Assembly (NCBI GenBank): GCA_035456405.1
Contig: DATIDG010000094.1
Location: 8,625 to 72,624 of the forward strand
Source of the DNA: Burkholderiales bacterium
Lineage (GTDB): Bacteria > Pseudomonadota > Gammaproteobacteria > Burkholderiales > SG8-39
Direction of reading: 5' to 3'
Length of the DNA: 64,000 nt
Below, in pieces: positions 1 to 8,754 of this stretch (its first letter is position 1; each line of letters begins with the position of its first letter). Under the pieces are notes generated by a model that searched no databases, was not told where the DNA came from, and saw only the letters and a list, made by a program, of their open reading frames with translations. Position numbers and translations under genes: made by a program.

Positions 1-234
1 TACACGTGGGCCCTCGTCGGCTTCGTGGTCATGATCGCGTTCGCCGGGGTGATGCTCTTCATCGGGGCGCAGTTCGTCGAGGGCGTGCAGGAGGTCCGTC
101 CGTCGACGGGCGCGCAGGCGCTCGGCTGGCTGTTCGTCCTCGTCGTCCTCGCGAACGCGGTGTCGACACTGCTCGAGTGCGGCTTCGGGCCCTGCCCGGA
201 TAACCCGACCGAGTACGAGCTGCTGCAGAAGTGA
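1..234 (+). CDS. C-terminal fragment of a membrane protein (5' end outside window)
   Basis: Frame 1 is open from base 1 to TGA at 232-234. It has hydrophobic helices (ALVGFVVMIAFAGVMLFIG, LGWLFVLVVLANAV). No family recognised. Confidence 0.4.
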   Translation, partial: YTWALVGFVVMIAFAGVMLFIGAQFVEGVQEVRPSTGAQALGWLFVLVVLANAVSTLLECGFGPCPDNPTEYELLQK

Positions 235-296
235 GCCGGCGGACCCGCGGCGCGACGCGGCCAGGACGCGGGGGGACGGGCGCAAGAGGGCGAGCG

Positions 297-1505
297 ATGA
301 CACCCAGGCCGATGCTGGACGGAGTGAGGATCCTGGCGGTCGAGCAGTACGGCGCGGGCCCGTTCGGGACGCTCTTCCTCGCGGATCTCGGCGCCGAGGT
401 GATCAAGATCGAGAACAGGGCCGAAGGCGGGGACGTGTCGCGCGCCGTCGGGCCGCATTTCCACGCCGGCCTGCCCGAGACCGCGCAGAGCGTCTTCTAC
501 CAGGGCTTCAATCGCAGCAAGAAGAGCGTCACCCTCGATCTCTCGCGTCCGGAGGGCAAAGCCGTGTTCCAGCGCCTCGCCGCACGCGCCGATGCGGTGG
601 CGAGCAACCTGCGCGGCGACGTGCCGGCGAAGCTCGGGCTCACGTACTCGCAGCTCGCGGCGGCGAATCCGCGGATCGTGTGCGCCCACCTCACCGGCTA
701 CGGCCGCGAGGGCGAGCGCGCCGCGTGGCCCGGCTACGATTACCTGATGCAGGCCGAGGCGGGCTACTTCCATCTCACGGGCGAGCCGGACTCGGCCCCC
801 GCGCGGTTCGGGCTCTCGCTCGTCGACCTCATGAGCGGAATCGCGCTGGCGGCCGGGCTGCTCGCCGCGCTGCGCGCCGCGGACCGCGACGGTCGCGGGC
901 GCGACGTCGACGTGAGCCTCTTCGATCTCGCGCTCGCGAACCTGAACTACATCGGGCACTGGTATCTCAACGCCGGCGCCGCGACCGGCCGCATCGCGCG
1001 CTCCGCGCACGCCTCGATCACGCCCTGCCAGAGCTATCGCACCCGCGACGGCTGGATCTACCTGATGTGCAACAAGGAGAAGTTCTGGGCGATGCTCTGC
1101 CGGAAGCTCGGGCGGGCCGAGTGGATCGACGACGCGCGCTTCCGGCGATTCCCGGACCGGCTCGAGCACCGCGACCTGCTCACCGTGCTCATCGACGAGG
1201 CGCTCCAGGCGCGCACCACCGCCGAGTGGCTCGCCGCGTTCGCGGGCAGCGTCCCGGCGGCGCCGATCCACGACGTGACGCAGGCCCTCGAGAATCCCTG
1301 GGTGAAGGGCAGCGCCCGGATCGAATCGATCCCGGTCGCAGGCGGTCCGCCGCTCGCGCTGCTGACCAACCCCCTGCGCGGCGAGGGGTTGCCCCTCCGC
1401 GGCCGTCCCGCGCCCGCGCTCGGGGCCGACACCGACGCGGTGCTCGCCGACGCGGGATTCGCGCGCGACGAGATCGCGCGGCTGCGGGCGCGGGGGATCG
1501 TCTAG
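297..1505 (+). CDS. Family III (CaiB/BaiF-type) acyl-CoA transferase
   Basis: ORF 231-1505. The ATG at 297 gives MTPRPMLDGVRILAVEQYGAGPFGTLFLADLGAEVIKIE, the typical N-terminus of family III CoA-transferases. The 22 upstream codons are Arg/Gly filler. Confidence 0.85.
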   Translation: MTPRPMLDGVRILAVEQYGAGPFGTLFLADLGAEVIKIENRAEGGDVSRAVGPHFHAGLPETAQSVFYQGFNRSKKSVTLDLSRPEGKAVFQRLAARADAVASNLRGDVPAKLGLTYSQLAAANPRIVCAHLTGYGREGERAAWPGYDYLMQAEAGYFHLTGEPDSAPARFGLSLVDLMSGIALAAGLLAALRAADRDGRGRDVDVSLFDLALANLNYIGHWYLNAGAATGRIARSAHASITPCQSYRTRDGWIYLMCNKEKFWAMLCRKLGRAEWIDDARFRRFPDRLEHRDLLTVLIDEALQARTTAEWLAAFAGSVPAAPIHDVTQALENPWVKGSARIESIPVAGGPPLALLTNPLRGEGLPLRGRPAPALGADTDAVLADAGFARDEIARLRARGIV

Positions 1506-1563
1506 GAGACGTCGCTCGGCGCCCGCGCGTGAAAGTCGAAGGGCAACTCCAGGAAGGGAATCC

Positions 1564-2619
1564 ATGAGCCTCTACGCTTATCTCCGCGCGGGCGAGACCC
1601 GCTACCAGGAGCGCTTCGGCCTCGACTTCGAGGAGTTCGTCGTCGGCCAGCGCTTCCGGCACCGGCCGGGCGTCACGCTCTCCCAGCAGGACAACCTCGA
1701 CGAGGCGCTCGACACGCTGAACGCCGCGATGCTCCATTACGACGCGCACTACGCGGCGCAGACCGTCTGGAGGCAGCCGCTGATGGTGTCGACGGTCACC
1801 CTGCAGCGGGTGATCGGCATGGCCTCGCGGACGTTCGGCAGGAAGAAGGCGATCCTCGGATTCGCCGAGATCGCGCTGACCGGCCCGGTGTTCGGCGGCG
1901 ACACGCTCTACGCGGAGTCCGAGATCACGGCCGTGCGCGACGGCGGCGACGATCACGGCGTCATCGCCGTGGTCTCGCGCGGCGTGACGCCCGAAGGCAA
2001 GGAGGTGGCGAAGCTCACCTACGACCTCGCGGTGTACAAGCGCGGGAAGCACCCGGACGAGGCCGGACGACCCGCAATGCCCCCGGCCGAGGAGGAACGG
2101 TTCATGCTGTACGCGAGGCTCCCGGACGGCGCGTTCGTCGAGCGCTACGGCATCTTCTTCGAGGACGCCCGCCCCGGCGAGACTTTCGTGCACTACCCGC
2201 GCCGGACCTTCTATCGCGACGAGGCCGTGGAGCACGCATGGCGCTCGCTCGAGGCGAACCCGCAGTTCCACGATCAGTCGTGGATCGAGCGGCACCAGGA
2301 CGGCCGCCACCGCATCCAGGAGCCCTGGATCATCGCGGCCGCGACCGCCGCGACCACGCGCACCTTCGGCCGCGTCGTCGCGAACCTCGGCTGGACCGAC
2401 ATCCGGCTTCCGGTGCCCGTCTACGCCGGCGACACGACCGAGGCGGAATCGACGATCGTCGACCGGCGCGAGTCGAAGTCGCGGCCGAGCGAGGGGATCC
2501 TCACCGTCGACACCCGCGCCTACAATCAGCGCCGCGAGCTGGTGCTGTCCTACCGGCGGAACCTCCTCGTCTACAAGCGCGCCGCCGAAACGCCCTACGC
2601 GAAAGCGGGCTACGCATGA
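1564..2619 (+). CDS. Two-domain MaoC-like (R)-specific enoyl-CoA hydratase (mesaconyl-/itaconyl-CoA hydratase-like)
   Basis: 351-aa ORF with SD GGAAGGGAA upstream. It has two hotdog halves. Its size and architecture match the double-MaoC hydratases found with CoA-transferase and CitE-like lyase genes. Confidence 0.75.
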   Translation: MSLYAYLRAGETRYQERFGLDFEEFVVGQRFRHRPGVTLSQQDNLDEALDTLNAAMLHYDAHYAAQTVWRQPLMVSTVTLQRVIGMASRTFGRKKAILGFAEIALTGPVFGGDTLYAESEITAVRDGGDDHGVIAVVSRGVTPEGKEVAKLTYDLAVYKRGKHPDEAGRPAMPPAEEERFMLYARLPDGAFVERYGIFFEDARPGETFVHYPRRTFYRDEAVEHAWRSLEANPQFHDQSWIERHQDGRHRIQEPWIIAAATAATTRTFGRVVANLGWTDIRLPVPVYAGDTTEAESTIVDRRESKSRPSEGILTVDTRAYNQRRELVLSYRRNLLVYKRAAETPYAKAGYA

Positions 2620-3467
2620 GCCCTCCAGTTCCCGACGTCGCCCTCTGCCGCGTTCTGCTCTTCACCCCGGGCAACCGGCCGGACCGCTTCGCGAAGGCGG
2701 CCGCGACCGGCGCCGACGGCCTGATCCTCGACCTGGAGGACGCGGTAACGCTCGCCGGCAAGGACGAGGCCCGCGCGACGCTCGTCGCGCACTTTCGCGC
2801 CGGCCACCGCCGCGGCCTGGCCGCAGGGCAGGTCTGCGGGCTGCGCGTCAACAACATTCACACCGCGGCCGGGGTGCGCGACCTCGATGCGCTCGCCTCC
2901 GCCGGCCTCGCGCCGGATTTCATCGTCCTGCCGAAGGTCGACTCGGCGTTCGAGGCGCGGCTCTACGCGCGGCACCTTGCGGAGATCCCGCTCGTGTGCA
3001 CGATCGAGTCCGCGCGCGGGCTCGAGGCGGCGGTGGAGATCGCGCACGCGGATCCGCACGTGCGCGCCCTTGCGTTCGGCGGCGTGGACCTGGCGGCGGA
3101 TTTGCGCGCCGAGCTCGCGTGGGAGCCGCTGCTCTACGGCCGCTCGCGCCTCGTCCAGGCCGCCGCGAGCGCCGGGCTGGGGCTCCTCGATGTGCCGCAC
3201 CTCGCGCTCGACGACGCCGCGGCGCTCGCGGCCGAGTGCGCGCGCGTCAAGGCGCTCGGCTTCACCGGCAAGCTCGCCATCCACCCGAAGCAGGTCGCCC
3301 CGATCCTCGAAGCGTTCACGCCCACCGCGGCGGAGATCGACCGGGCGGCGCGGATGATCGCGGCGCTAGAGGCAGCGGGCGGGAACGCGGTCGAGTTCGA
3401 GGGCAAGATGCTCGAGGGGCCCGTCGTCCGCTCGGCGCGGCGGATGCTCGCGCTGGCGCGCCGCTAA
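2616..3467 (+). CDS. HpcH/CitE-like acyl-CoA lyase (citramalyl-/malyl-CoA lyase-like)
   Basis: The ATG at 2616 overlaps the upstream stop (ATGA). RVLLFTPGNRPDRFAKAAATGADGLILDLEDAV and GKLAIHPKQV are citrate lyase beta/CitE family hallmarks. Confidence 0.85.
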   Translation: MSPPVPDVALCRVLLFTPGNRPDRFAKAAATGADGLILDLEDAVTLAGKDEARATLVAHFRAGHRRGLAAGQVCGLRVNNIHTAAGVRDLDALASAGLAPDFIVLPKVDSAFEARLYARHLAEIPLVCTIESARGLEAAVEIAHADPHVRALAFGGVDLAADLRAELAWEPLLYGRSRLVQAAASAGLGLLDVPHLALDDAAALAAECARVKALGFTGKLAIHPKQVAPILEAFTPTAAEIDRAARMIAALEAAGGNAVEFEGKMLEGPVVRSARRMLALARR

Positions 3468-3476
3468 GGATCCGAC

Positions 3477-4319
3477 ATGACCTACACGACGCTCAAGTTC
3501 GACAAGCGCGATCGCATTGCCCGTATCACGCTGAACCGGCCCGAGCGCCTGAACGCGATCAACGAGGCGATGCCGGGCGAGATCCGCCGCGCGGTGGAGG
3601 CCGCCAACGCCGACGACGGCGTGCACGTCATCGTCCTCCAGGGGGCAGGGAGGGCGTTCTGCGCGGGCTACGACCTCAAGATCTTCGCCGAGCGCGACAC
3701 GCCGCTCATCCAGGACATGCCCTGGGACCCGATGCGGGACTACCGGATCATGAAGGGGTTCACCGACGACTTCTTCTCGATCTGGCGCAGCTACAAGCCG
3801 GTCATCTGCAGGGTGCAGGGCTACGCGGTGGCGGGCGGCTCGGACATCGCGCTGTGCGCCGACGTCGTCGTGATGGCGGAGGACGCGCGGATCGGCTACA
3901 TGCCGGCGCGCGTGTGGGGCTGCCCGACGACGGCGATGTGGGTCTACCGCCTCGGTGCGGAGAAGGCGAAGCGAATGCTGCTGACCGGGGACACGATCGA
4001 CGGCAGGACCGCCAAGGCGTGGGGCCTGGTCTACGAAGCCGTGCCGGAGGACCTGCTCGACGCCGAAGTCGACGCGCTCGCCGAGCGGATGAGCGCGGTG
4101 CCGAAGAACCAGCTCATGATGCAGAAGCTGATGATCAACCAGGCCTACGAGAACATGGGACTCGCCAACACGCAGATGATCGCGACGCTCTTCGACGGCA
4201 TCACGCGCCACTCGCCGGAGGGCGTGTGGTTCAAGCAGTACGCCGAGGCGCACGGCTTCCACGCCGCGGTCGAGTGGCGCGACGGGGGCAAGCCCATCCC
4301 CAAAGGCGGCGCGAAATGA
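3477..4319 (+). CDS. Enoyl-CoA hydratase/isomerase (crotonase) family protein
   Basis: 280-aa ORF. ITLNRPERLNAIN and GAGRAFCAGYDL are crotonase-fold motifs. Confidence 0.85.
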   Translation: MTYTTLKFDKRDRIARITLNRPERLNAINEAMPGEIRRAVEAANADDGVHVIVLQGAGRAFCAGYDLKIFAERDTPLIQDMPWDPMRDYRIMKGFTDDFFSIWRSYKPVICRVQGYAVAGGSDIALCADVVVMAEDARIGYMPARVWGCPTTAMWVYRLGAEKAKRMLLTGDTIDGRTAKAWGLVYEAVPEDLLDAEVDALAERMSAVPKNQLMMQKLMINQAYENMGLANTQMIATLFDGITRHSPEGVWFKQYAEAHGFHAAVEWRDGGKPIPKGGAK

Positions 4320-5140
4320 GGCTCCCGCTCGGGATCGCCGCGCTGCTCGCCGCCGCGGCGGTGCTTGCGCAGAGCGAGTCCCCGCCGCCCAGGGACGCGC
4401 CGTACTTCCCGACGCCGCAGTCGGTGGTCGAGCGGATGCTGCAGCTCGCCAAGGTCGGACCGGAGGACTTCGTCATCGACCTCGGCTCGGGCGACGGGCG
4501 CATCGTCATCACCGCTGCGAAGAAGTACGGCGCGCGCGGGATCGGCATCGAGATCGAGCCGAGCCTCGTGTCCGAGGCGAACTACTACGCCCGCCGCGAC
4601 GGCGTCGGCGATCGCGTGAAGTTCGTCGAGCAGGATCTCTTCCAGACCGACCTCCGCCCGGCGACGGTGCTCACGCTCTACCTCTTCCGCGAGCTCAACA
4701 TCAAGCTCGCGCCGCGCATCCTCGCGCAGCTGCGCCCCGGCGCGCGCGTGGTGTCCCACGACTGGGACCTGGGCGACTGGCTGCCCGATCACCAGGAGAC
4801 GATGCCGGCGCCCGACAAGGCAGTCGGCATCAGCCGCGAAAGCAAGGTGTTCATGTGGATCGTCCCGGCGCGCGTCCAGGGCGAGTGGCGCGTGGAGACC
4901 ACGCTGCCGGGCGCGCAAGCCGGGGCGCTGCGCCTGAAGCAGCGCTACCAGTTCTTCGAGGGTGCCCTCGACGCGGGCGCCGTGGAGGGTGGCCGTGCGA
5001 CCGGCACGAGCCTCGCGTTCACCGTCGCAGGGCCGACGCCGCTTGCGGGACACTACGAAGGGACCGCCGACGGCAACGCGATCTCCGGGCGCGTCGTGCG
5101 CGCGGACGGCACCTCGGGCACTTGGCGCGCGGTGCGGTGA
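4316..5140 (+). CDS. N-terminally anchored class I SAM-dependent methyltransferase with C-terminal beta-rich domain (FAM173/ATPSCKMT-like), tandem paralog 1
   Basis: The ATG at 4316 overlaps the crotonase stop (ATGA). Hydrophobic N-terminus MRLPLGIAALLAAAAVLAQS. Motifs YFPTPQSVVERML and IDLGSGDGRIVITAAKKYGARGIGIE (motif I). It is the C-terminal part of track ORF 2996-5140. Confidence 0.85.
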   Translation: MRLPLGIAALLAAAAVLAQSESPPPRDAPYFPTPQSVVERMLQLAKVGPEDFVIDLGSGDGRIVITAAKKYGARGIGIEIEPSLVSEANYYARRDGVGDRVKFVEQDLFQTDLRPATVLTLYLFRELNIKLAPRILAQLRPGARVVSHDWDLGDWLPDHQETMPAPDKAVGISRESKVFMWIVPARVQGEWRVETTLPGAQAGALRLKQRYQFFEGALDAGAVEGGRATGTSLAFTVAGPTPLAGHYEGTADGNAISGRVVRADGTSGTWRAVR

Positions 5141-5145
5141 CCGGC

Positions 5146-5994
5146 ATGCGCAGGCTATCGCTCGCGCTCGTCGCCGCGCTGCCGCTGCTCGCCGGCCTCT
5201 CGCCGTCGCGGGGGTCCACCGGCGAGTTCGACCTCGGCTACGATCCCTACGTCCCGACACCGCATTCGATCGTGGAGAGCATGCTCGCCTTCGCGCAGGT
5301 CGGCGCGGACGACCTCGTCGTCGATCTCGGCTCCGGCGACGGGCGCATCGTCATCGCCGCGGCCAAGCAGTTCGGCGCGCGCGGGCTCGGGATCGAGATC
5401 GACCGCACGCTGATCGCGGAGTCGCAGGAGCGCGCGCGGAAGGAGGGGGTCGCGGGCCGCGTGCGCTTCGTCGCGCGAGACCTCTTCGAGGCGGACCTGC
5501 GCGAGGCGACGGTCCTCACGCTCTACCTGCTTCCCGAGACCAACCGCAAGCTCGTGCCGAAGATCCTCGCCGAGATGCGCCCCGGCGCGCGCGTCGTCGC
5601 GCACCGCTTCGCGGCCGGCGACTGGCGGCCGGATGCGCAGGTGATCGTCGACGCCGGCGATGACTGGTCGGCGACGGGCAGGGAGCGGTGGCTCTACCTC
5701 TGGTACGTCCCGGCGCGCGTCGCAGGCGAGTGGGAGGTCGTGCACGAGGGCGGCGGCGCGTCGTTCCGCCTCGCGCTCGACCAGGCCTACCAGCGCATCG
5801 GAGGCGCCGCGATCGACGGCACGGCGCGCATCGGCCTCGAGCTCGCGGTGCTGCACGGTGGCGAGATCCGCTTCATCGTCCCCGGGCCGGAGCCGTTTGC
5901 GGGCGACTACGCCGGCCGGATCGACGGGGAGACGATGAGCGGGGACCTGAACGGCGGCAGGCGATGGCGCGCGGTGCGGAGGACGGGGCAATGA
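5146..5994 (+). CDS. Same methyltransferase family, tandem paralog 2
   Basis: The ATG at 5146 lies 5 nt after the paralog 1 stop. N-terminus MRRLSLALVAALPLLAG. Motifs YVPTPHSIVESML and VDLGSGDGRIVIAAAKQFGARGLGIE. The C-terminal domain is homologous to paralogs 1 and 3. Confidence 0.85.
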   Translation: MRRLSLALVAALPLLAGLSPSRGSTGEFDLGYDPYVPTPHSIVESMLAFAQVGADDLVVDLGSGDGRIVIAAAKQFGARGLGIEIDRTLIAESQERARKEGVAGRVRFVARDLFEADLREATVLTLYLLPETNRKLVPKILAEMRPGARVVAHRFAAGDWRPDAQVIVDAGDDWSATGRERWLYLWYVPARVAGEWEVVHEGGGASFRLALDQAYQRIGGAAIDGTARIGLELAVLHGGEIRFIVPGPEPFAGDYAGRIDGETMSGDLNGGRRWRAVRRTGQ

Positions 5995-6827
5995 CCGTGC
6001 GCGCCATGCGGCTCGCTTGTGCCGCGCTGCTGCTCGTCGCTACGGCGCCGCGCGCCGACGAGGTGCCGTACGTCCAGACTCCGCAGAATGTCGTCGAGGC
6101 GATGCTCGATCTCGCGGGGGTGCGCGGCAACGATTTCCTGATCGACCTCGGCTCCGGCGACGGGCGCATCGTCATCACCGCGGCGCAGAAGTACGGCACG
6201 CGCGGCGTCGGGATCGACTACGACAACTACCTGATCAAGGAGAGCACCGAGAACGCTGCGAAGGCCGGCGTGGCGGACCGCGCGCGATTCCTGAAGGAGG
6301 ACATCTTCGAAACGGACCTGACCGCGGCGACGGTGGTCACGATGTACCTGCTGCCCGAGTTCAACCTCCGCCTGCGGCCGAAGCTGCTCGCCGAGCTGCG
6401 GGCAGGCGCGCGCGTGGTGTCGCACGACTGGGACATGGGTGCGTGGGCGCCCGACGCGCGGATCGAGGTGCCTGCGCCCGACAAGAAGGTGGGGCTGCGC
6501 AAGGTGAGCACGCTCTACCTCTGGATCGTCCCGGCGCAGCTCGCGGGCAGGTGGGACACCCGCGTGCCGGTCGGCGACGGTGCGATGGACATCGAGCTCG
6601 AGATCGAGCAGTCCTTCCAGAACGTCGGCGGCATCGCGCGGATCGACGGGGCGGCACGGCCGATCGAGCGCGCGGCAGTGAAGGGGCGTTACGTCGAGTT
6701 CCGGTTCGACGCCCCCGGGGGCGGCGCAATCCGCTTCCAGGGCAACGCGTCGGCCGATCGGATCGTCGGGCAGGTGGCCACGCCGGACGGACGAATGCAT
6801 CCCTGGCGCGCGCTGCGCGCGAAGTAG
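5991..6827 (+). CDS. Same methyltransferase family, tandem paralog 3
   Basis: The ATG at 5991 overlaps the paralog 2 stop (ATGA). N-terminus MTVRAMRLACAALLLVATAP. Motifs YVQTPQNVVEAML and IDLGSGDGRIVITAAQKYGTRGVGID. Confidence 0.85.
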   Translation: MTVRAMRLACAALLLVATAPRADEVPYVQTPQNVVEAMLDLAGVRGNDFLIDLGSGDGRIVITAAQKYGTRGVGIDYDNYLIKESTENAAKAGVADRARFLKEDIFETDLTAATVVTMYLLPEFNLRLRPKLLAELRAGARVVSHDWDMGAWAPDARIEVPAPDKKVGLRKVSTLYLWIVPAQLAGRWDTRVPVGDGAMDIELEIEQSFQNVGGIARIDGAARPIERAAVKGRYVEFRFDAPGGGAIRFQGNASADRIVGQVATPDGRMHPWRALRAK

Positions 6828-6832
6828 CTTTC

Positions 6833-7462
6833 CTACCAGCCCCCGCGTTGCGCCGCCTGCCGGCGCCAGCGGCGGAGCATCAGCCAGCCGCCGAGCATGC
6901 CGCCGAGGTGCGCGAAGTGCGCGACGCCCTGCGAGGTTCCGGTCACGCCCAGGTAGAGCTCCAGCGCGCCGTAGACCGTCACGAACAGCCACGCCGGCAT
7001 CGGGACGGGCGGGAAGATCAACATGATCATGCGGCGCGGGAAAAGCATGCCGAACGCGAGCAGAAGTCCGAAGACGCCGCCCGAGGCGCCGACGGTGGGG
7101 TAGGGGTTGGCGGCTGCCACGCCGGACACAATGAGTTGCGTGATCGCGGCGACGATCACCGCGACGAAGTAGTACTCGAGGTAGCGCCGCGGCCCGAAGA
7201 CGCGCTCGATCTCACCCCCGAACATGTAGAGCGCGAACATGTTGAAGAAGAGGTGGAGGGTGCTGCCGTGCAGGAAGGCGTACGTGACGACCTGCCAAAG
7301 GTAGAAGCCGGCGCCGGAATCGGGGCCGAGCACCGCCGCCGAGCCGAACGGCCAGAGCGCGAACGCGGCGACGAACCAGTCACCGAGCAGGATCTGGGCG
7401 CCGAAGACCGCGACGTTCGCGAAGATCAGGGTGCGGGTGACGGGAGGAATCGAGGGGAACAT
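6833..7462 (-). CDS. Rhomboid family intramembrane serine protease
   Basis: 209-aa polytopic ORF with GASGGVFG (catalytic Ser) and HLGGMLGG (catalytic His) motifs. Confidence 0.9.
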   Translation of the reverse strand: MFPSIPPVTRTLIFANVAVFGAQILLGDWFVAAFALWPFGSAAVLGPDSGAGFYLWQVVTYAFLHGSTLHLFFNMFALYMFGGEIERVFGPRRYLEYYFVAVIVAAITQLIVSGVAAANPYPTVGASGGVFGLLLAFGMLFPRRMIMLIFPPVPMPAWLFVTVYGALELYLGVTGTSQGVAHFAHLGGMLGGWLMLRRWRRQAAQRGGW

Positions 7463-7587
7463 GGCGGACGGGGACGAACGGGACTGTACATTAGGGCGAC
7501 GAGGCGAAGCGCAATAGCCAGGATATCCAGGTTTCCGTCGATGGTCGGCCGTATGAACGCCCGTGCGCTGCGTGCGACAATTTGCGC

Positions 7588-8754
7588 ATGGCGATCACCT
7601 CCGCGCGCAGCGGGACGGACGAGCGCGCCGTTCTCCTACCCCCCGAGCTGCTGCCCCTGTTCGACGACGGCTTCGTGCGGTCCTGCGACCTCATCGAGGA
7701 GTACGTCGCGCGGCTCGCGCTCGGCGTGGTGCGTGCCATCGGCCTCGACCACGCGTGCGCCGGTGGCGCGACGGTCGAGGAGGCCATCGCGCGCACGCGG
7801 CTCGCGCCCGGCGTTGCGCGCGTCCCGGTCGGCTGGTTGCTCGAAACCCTGGTGATGCACGGCCGGGCGGTACGCAGAGACCAGGGCGACGGGTCCCGCC
7901 GCTACGAGACTGTGCCGGCCTTGCCCACCCTCGCCGCGGAGGAGGTCGCGCAAGCGCAGGCGGAGCACGACCCGCGCTGCCTGCCCTCGTACCGGATCGC
8001 GGCCACGGCGGCGCAATGCTACCCCGCAGTCCTGCGCGGCGAGACGACCGGCGAGGAGGCGCTCTTCAACGCCGAGACGATCGGCGCTTGGTTCGAGTAC
8101 TTCTCGAACGCGAACCCGCTCTATGCGATCGCGAACGAGATCGGCGCGCGCGCCGCGGCGCAGGCGCTCGCGGCCCGCCCGGGGGCCGTGCTCGAGGTGG
8201 GCGGCGGCCTGGGCAGCGCAGCGGAGGCGTTGCTTGCGCGCGCCGCGGCCTCGCCCTATCGGTTCACCGAGATCTCCGCACTGTTCCTGCGGCGTGCGAA
8301 GCGCGCGCTTTCGGCCCGCTTTGCCGGCCGGGAGCTGACGTTCGGGGCGCTCGACATCGATGCGCCCTTCGGTCAGGGTGGTGCGGGCCCTGGCGAGTAC
8401 GCCCTCGTTTACGGCGTGAACGTATTGCATGTCGCGCGCGACCTCGGTGCGACGTTGGGCGAGATCCGCACCGTGCTCGCGCCCGGCGGCGCGCTCGTCA
8501 TCGCCGAATGCGTGCGCCCCTTTCCCGGCCGGCCCGTCTACGTCGAGTTCGTCTTCAATCTGCTCGGCGCGTTCCGCGCGCCCGTCCTCCAGCCGGCATG
8601 GCGCCCGACCGGCGGCTTCCTGACGCCCGAGCAGTGGGCCGATGCGCTCGCGGCGAACGGCTTCGAGGGCGTGCGCGTCTATCCCGACATCGCCGCCATC
8701 CGCGAGGCCTATCCGTCGTTCGTCGTCGCGGCGATCAGCGCGCAGCGCACATGA
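7588..8754 (+). CDS. Class I SAM-dependent methyltransferase (O-methyltransferase-like, long N-terminal domain)
   Basis: Track ORF 7582-8754 starts at TTG; an ATG follows at 7588. Motif I is LEVGGGLGSAAEALL. There is also ALVYGVNVLHV...LAPGGALVI. The roughly 190-aa N-terminal domain resembles dimerisation domains of small-molecule O-methyltransferases. Confidence 0.75.
   Translation: MAITSARSGTDERAVLLPPELLPLFDDGFVRSCDLIEEYVARLALGVVRAIGLDHACAGGATVEEAIARTRLAPGVARVPVGWLLETLVMHGRAVRRDQGDGSRRYETVPALPTLAAEEVAQAQAEHDPRCLPSYRIAATAAQCYPAVLRGETTGEEALFNAETIGAWFEYFSNANPLYAIANEIGARAAAQALAARPGAVLEVGGGLGSAAEALLARAAASPYRFTEISALFLRRAKRALSARFAGRELTFGALDIDAPFGQGGAGPGEYALVYGVNVLHVARDLGATLGEIRTVLAPGGALVIAECVRPFPGRPVYVEFVFNLLGAFRAPVLQPAWRPTGGFLTPEQWADALAANGFEGVRVYPDIAAIREAYPSFVVAAISAQRT

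Noticed and set aside
2996-5140. A 714-aa ORF spanning the CitE, crotonase and methyltransferase region
   Set aside because: Only the last 274 aa (from the ATG at 4316) have protein-like composition and motifs. The rest is an out-of-frame read-through of two well-supported genes.
4316-6827. Reading the N-terminal hydrophobic segments of the tandem methyltransferases as cleaved Sec signals, i.e. periplasmic SAM-dependent enzymes
   Set aside because: SAM is cytoplasmic, and the related FAM173 enzymes use the N-terminal helix as a membrane anchor. An uncleaved anchor is more parsimonious. This remains untested.
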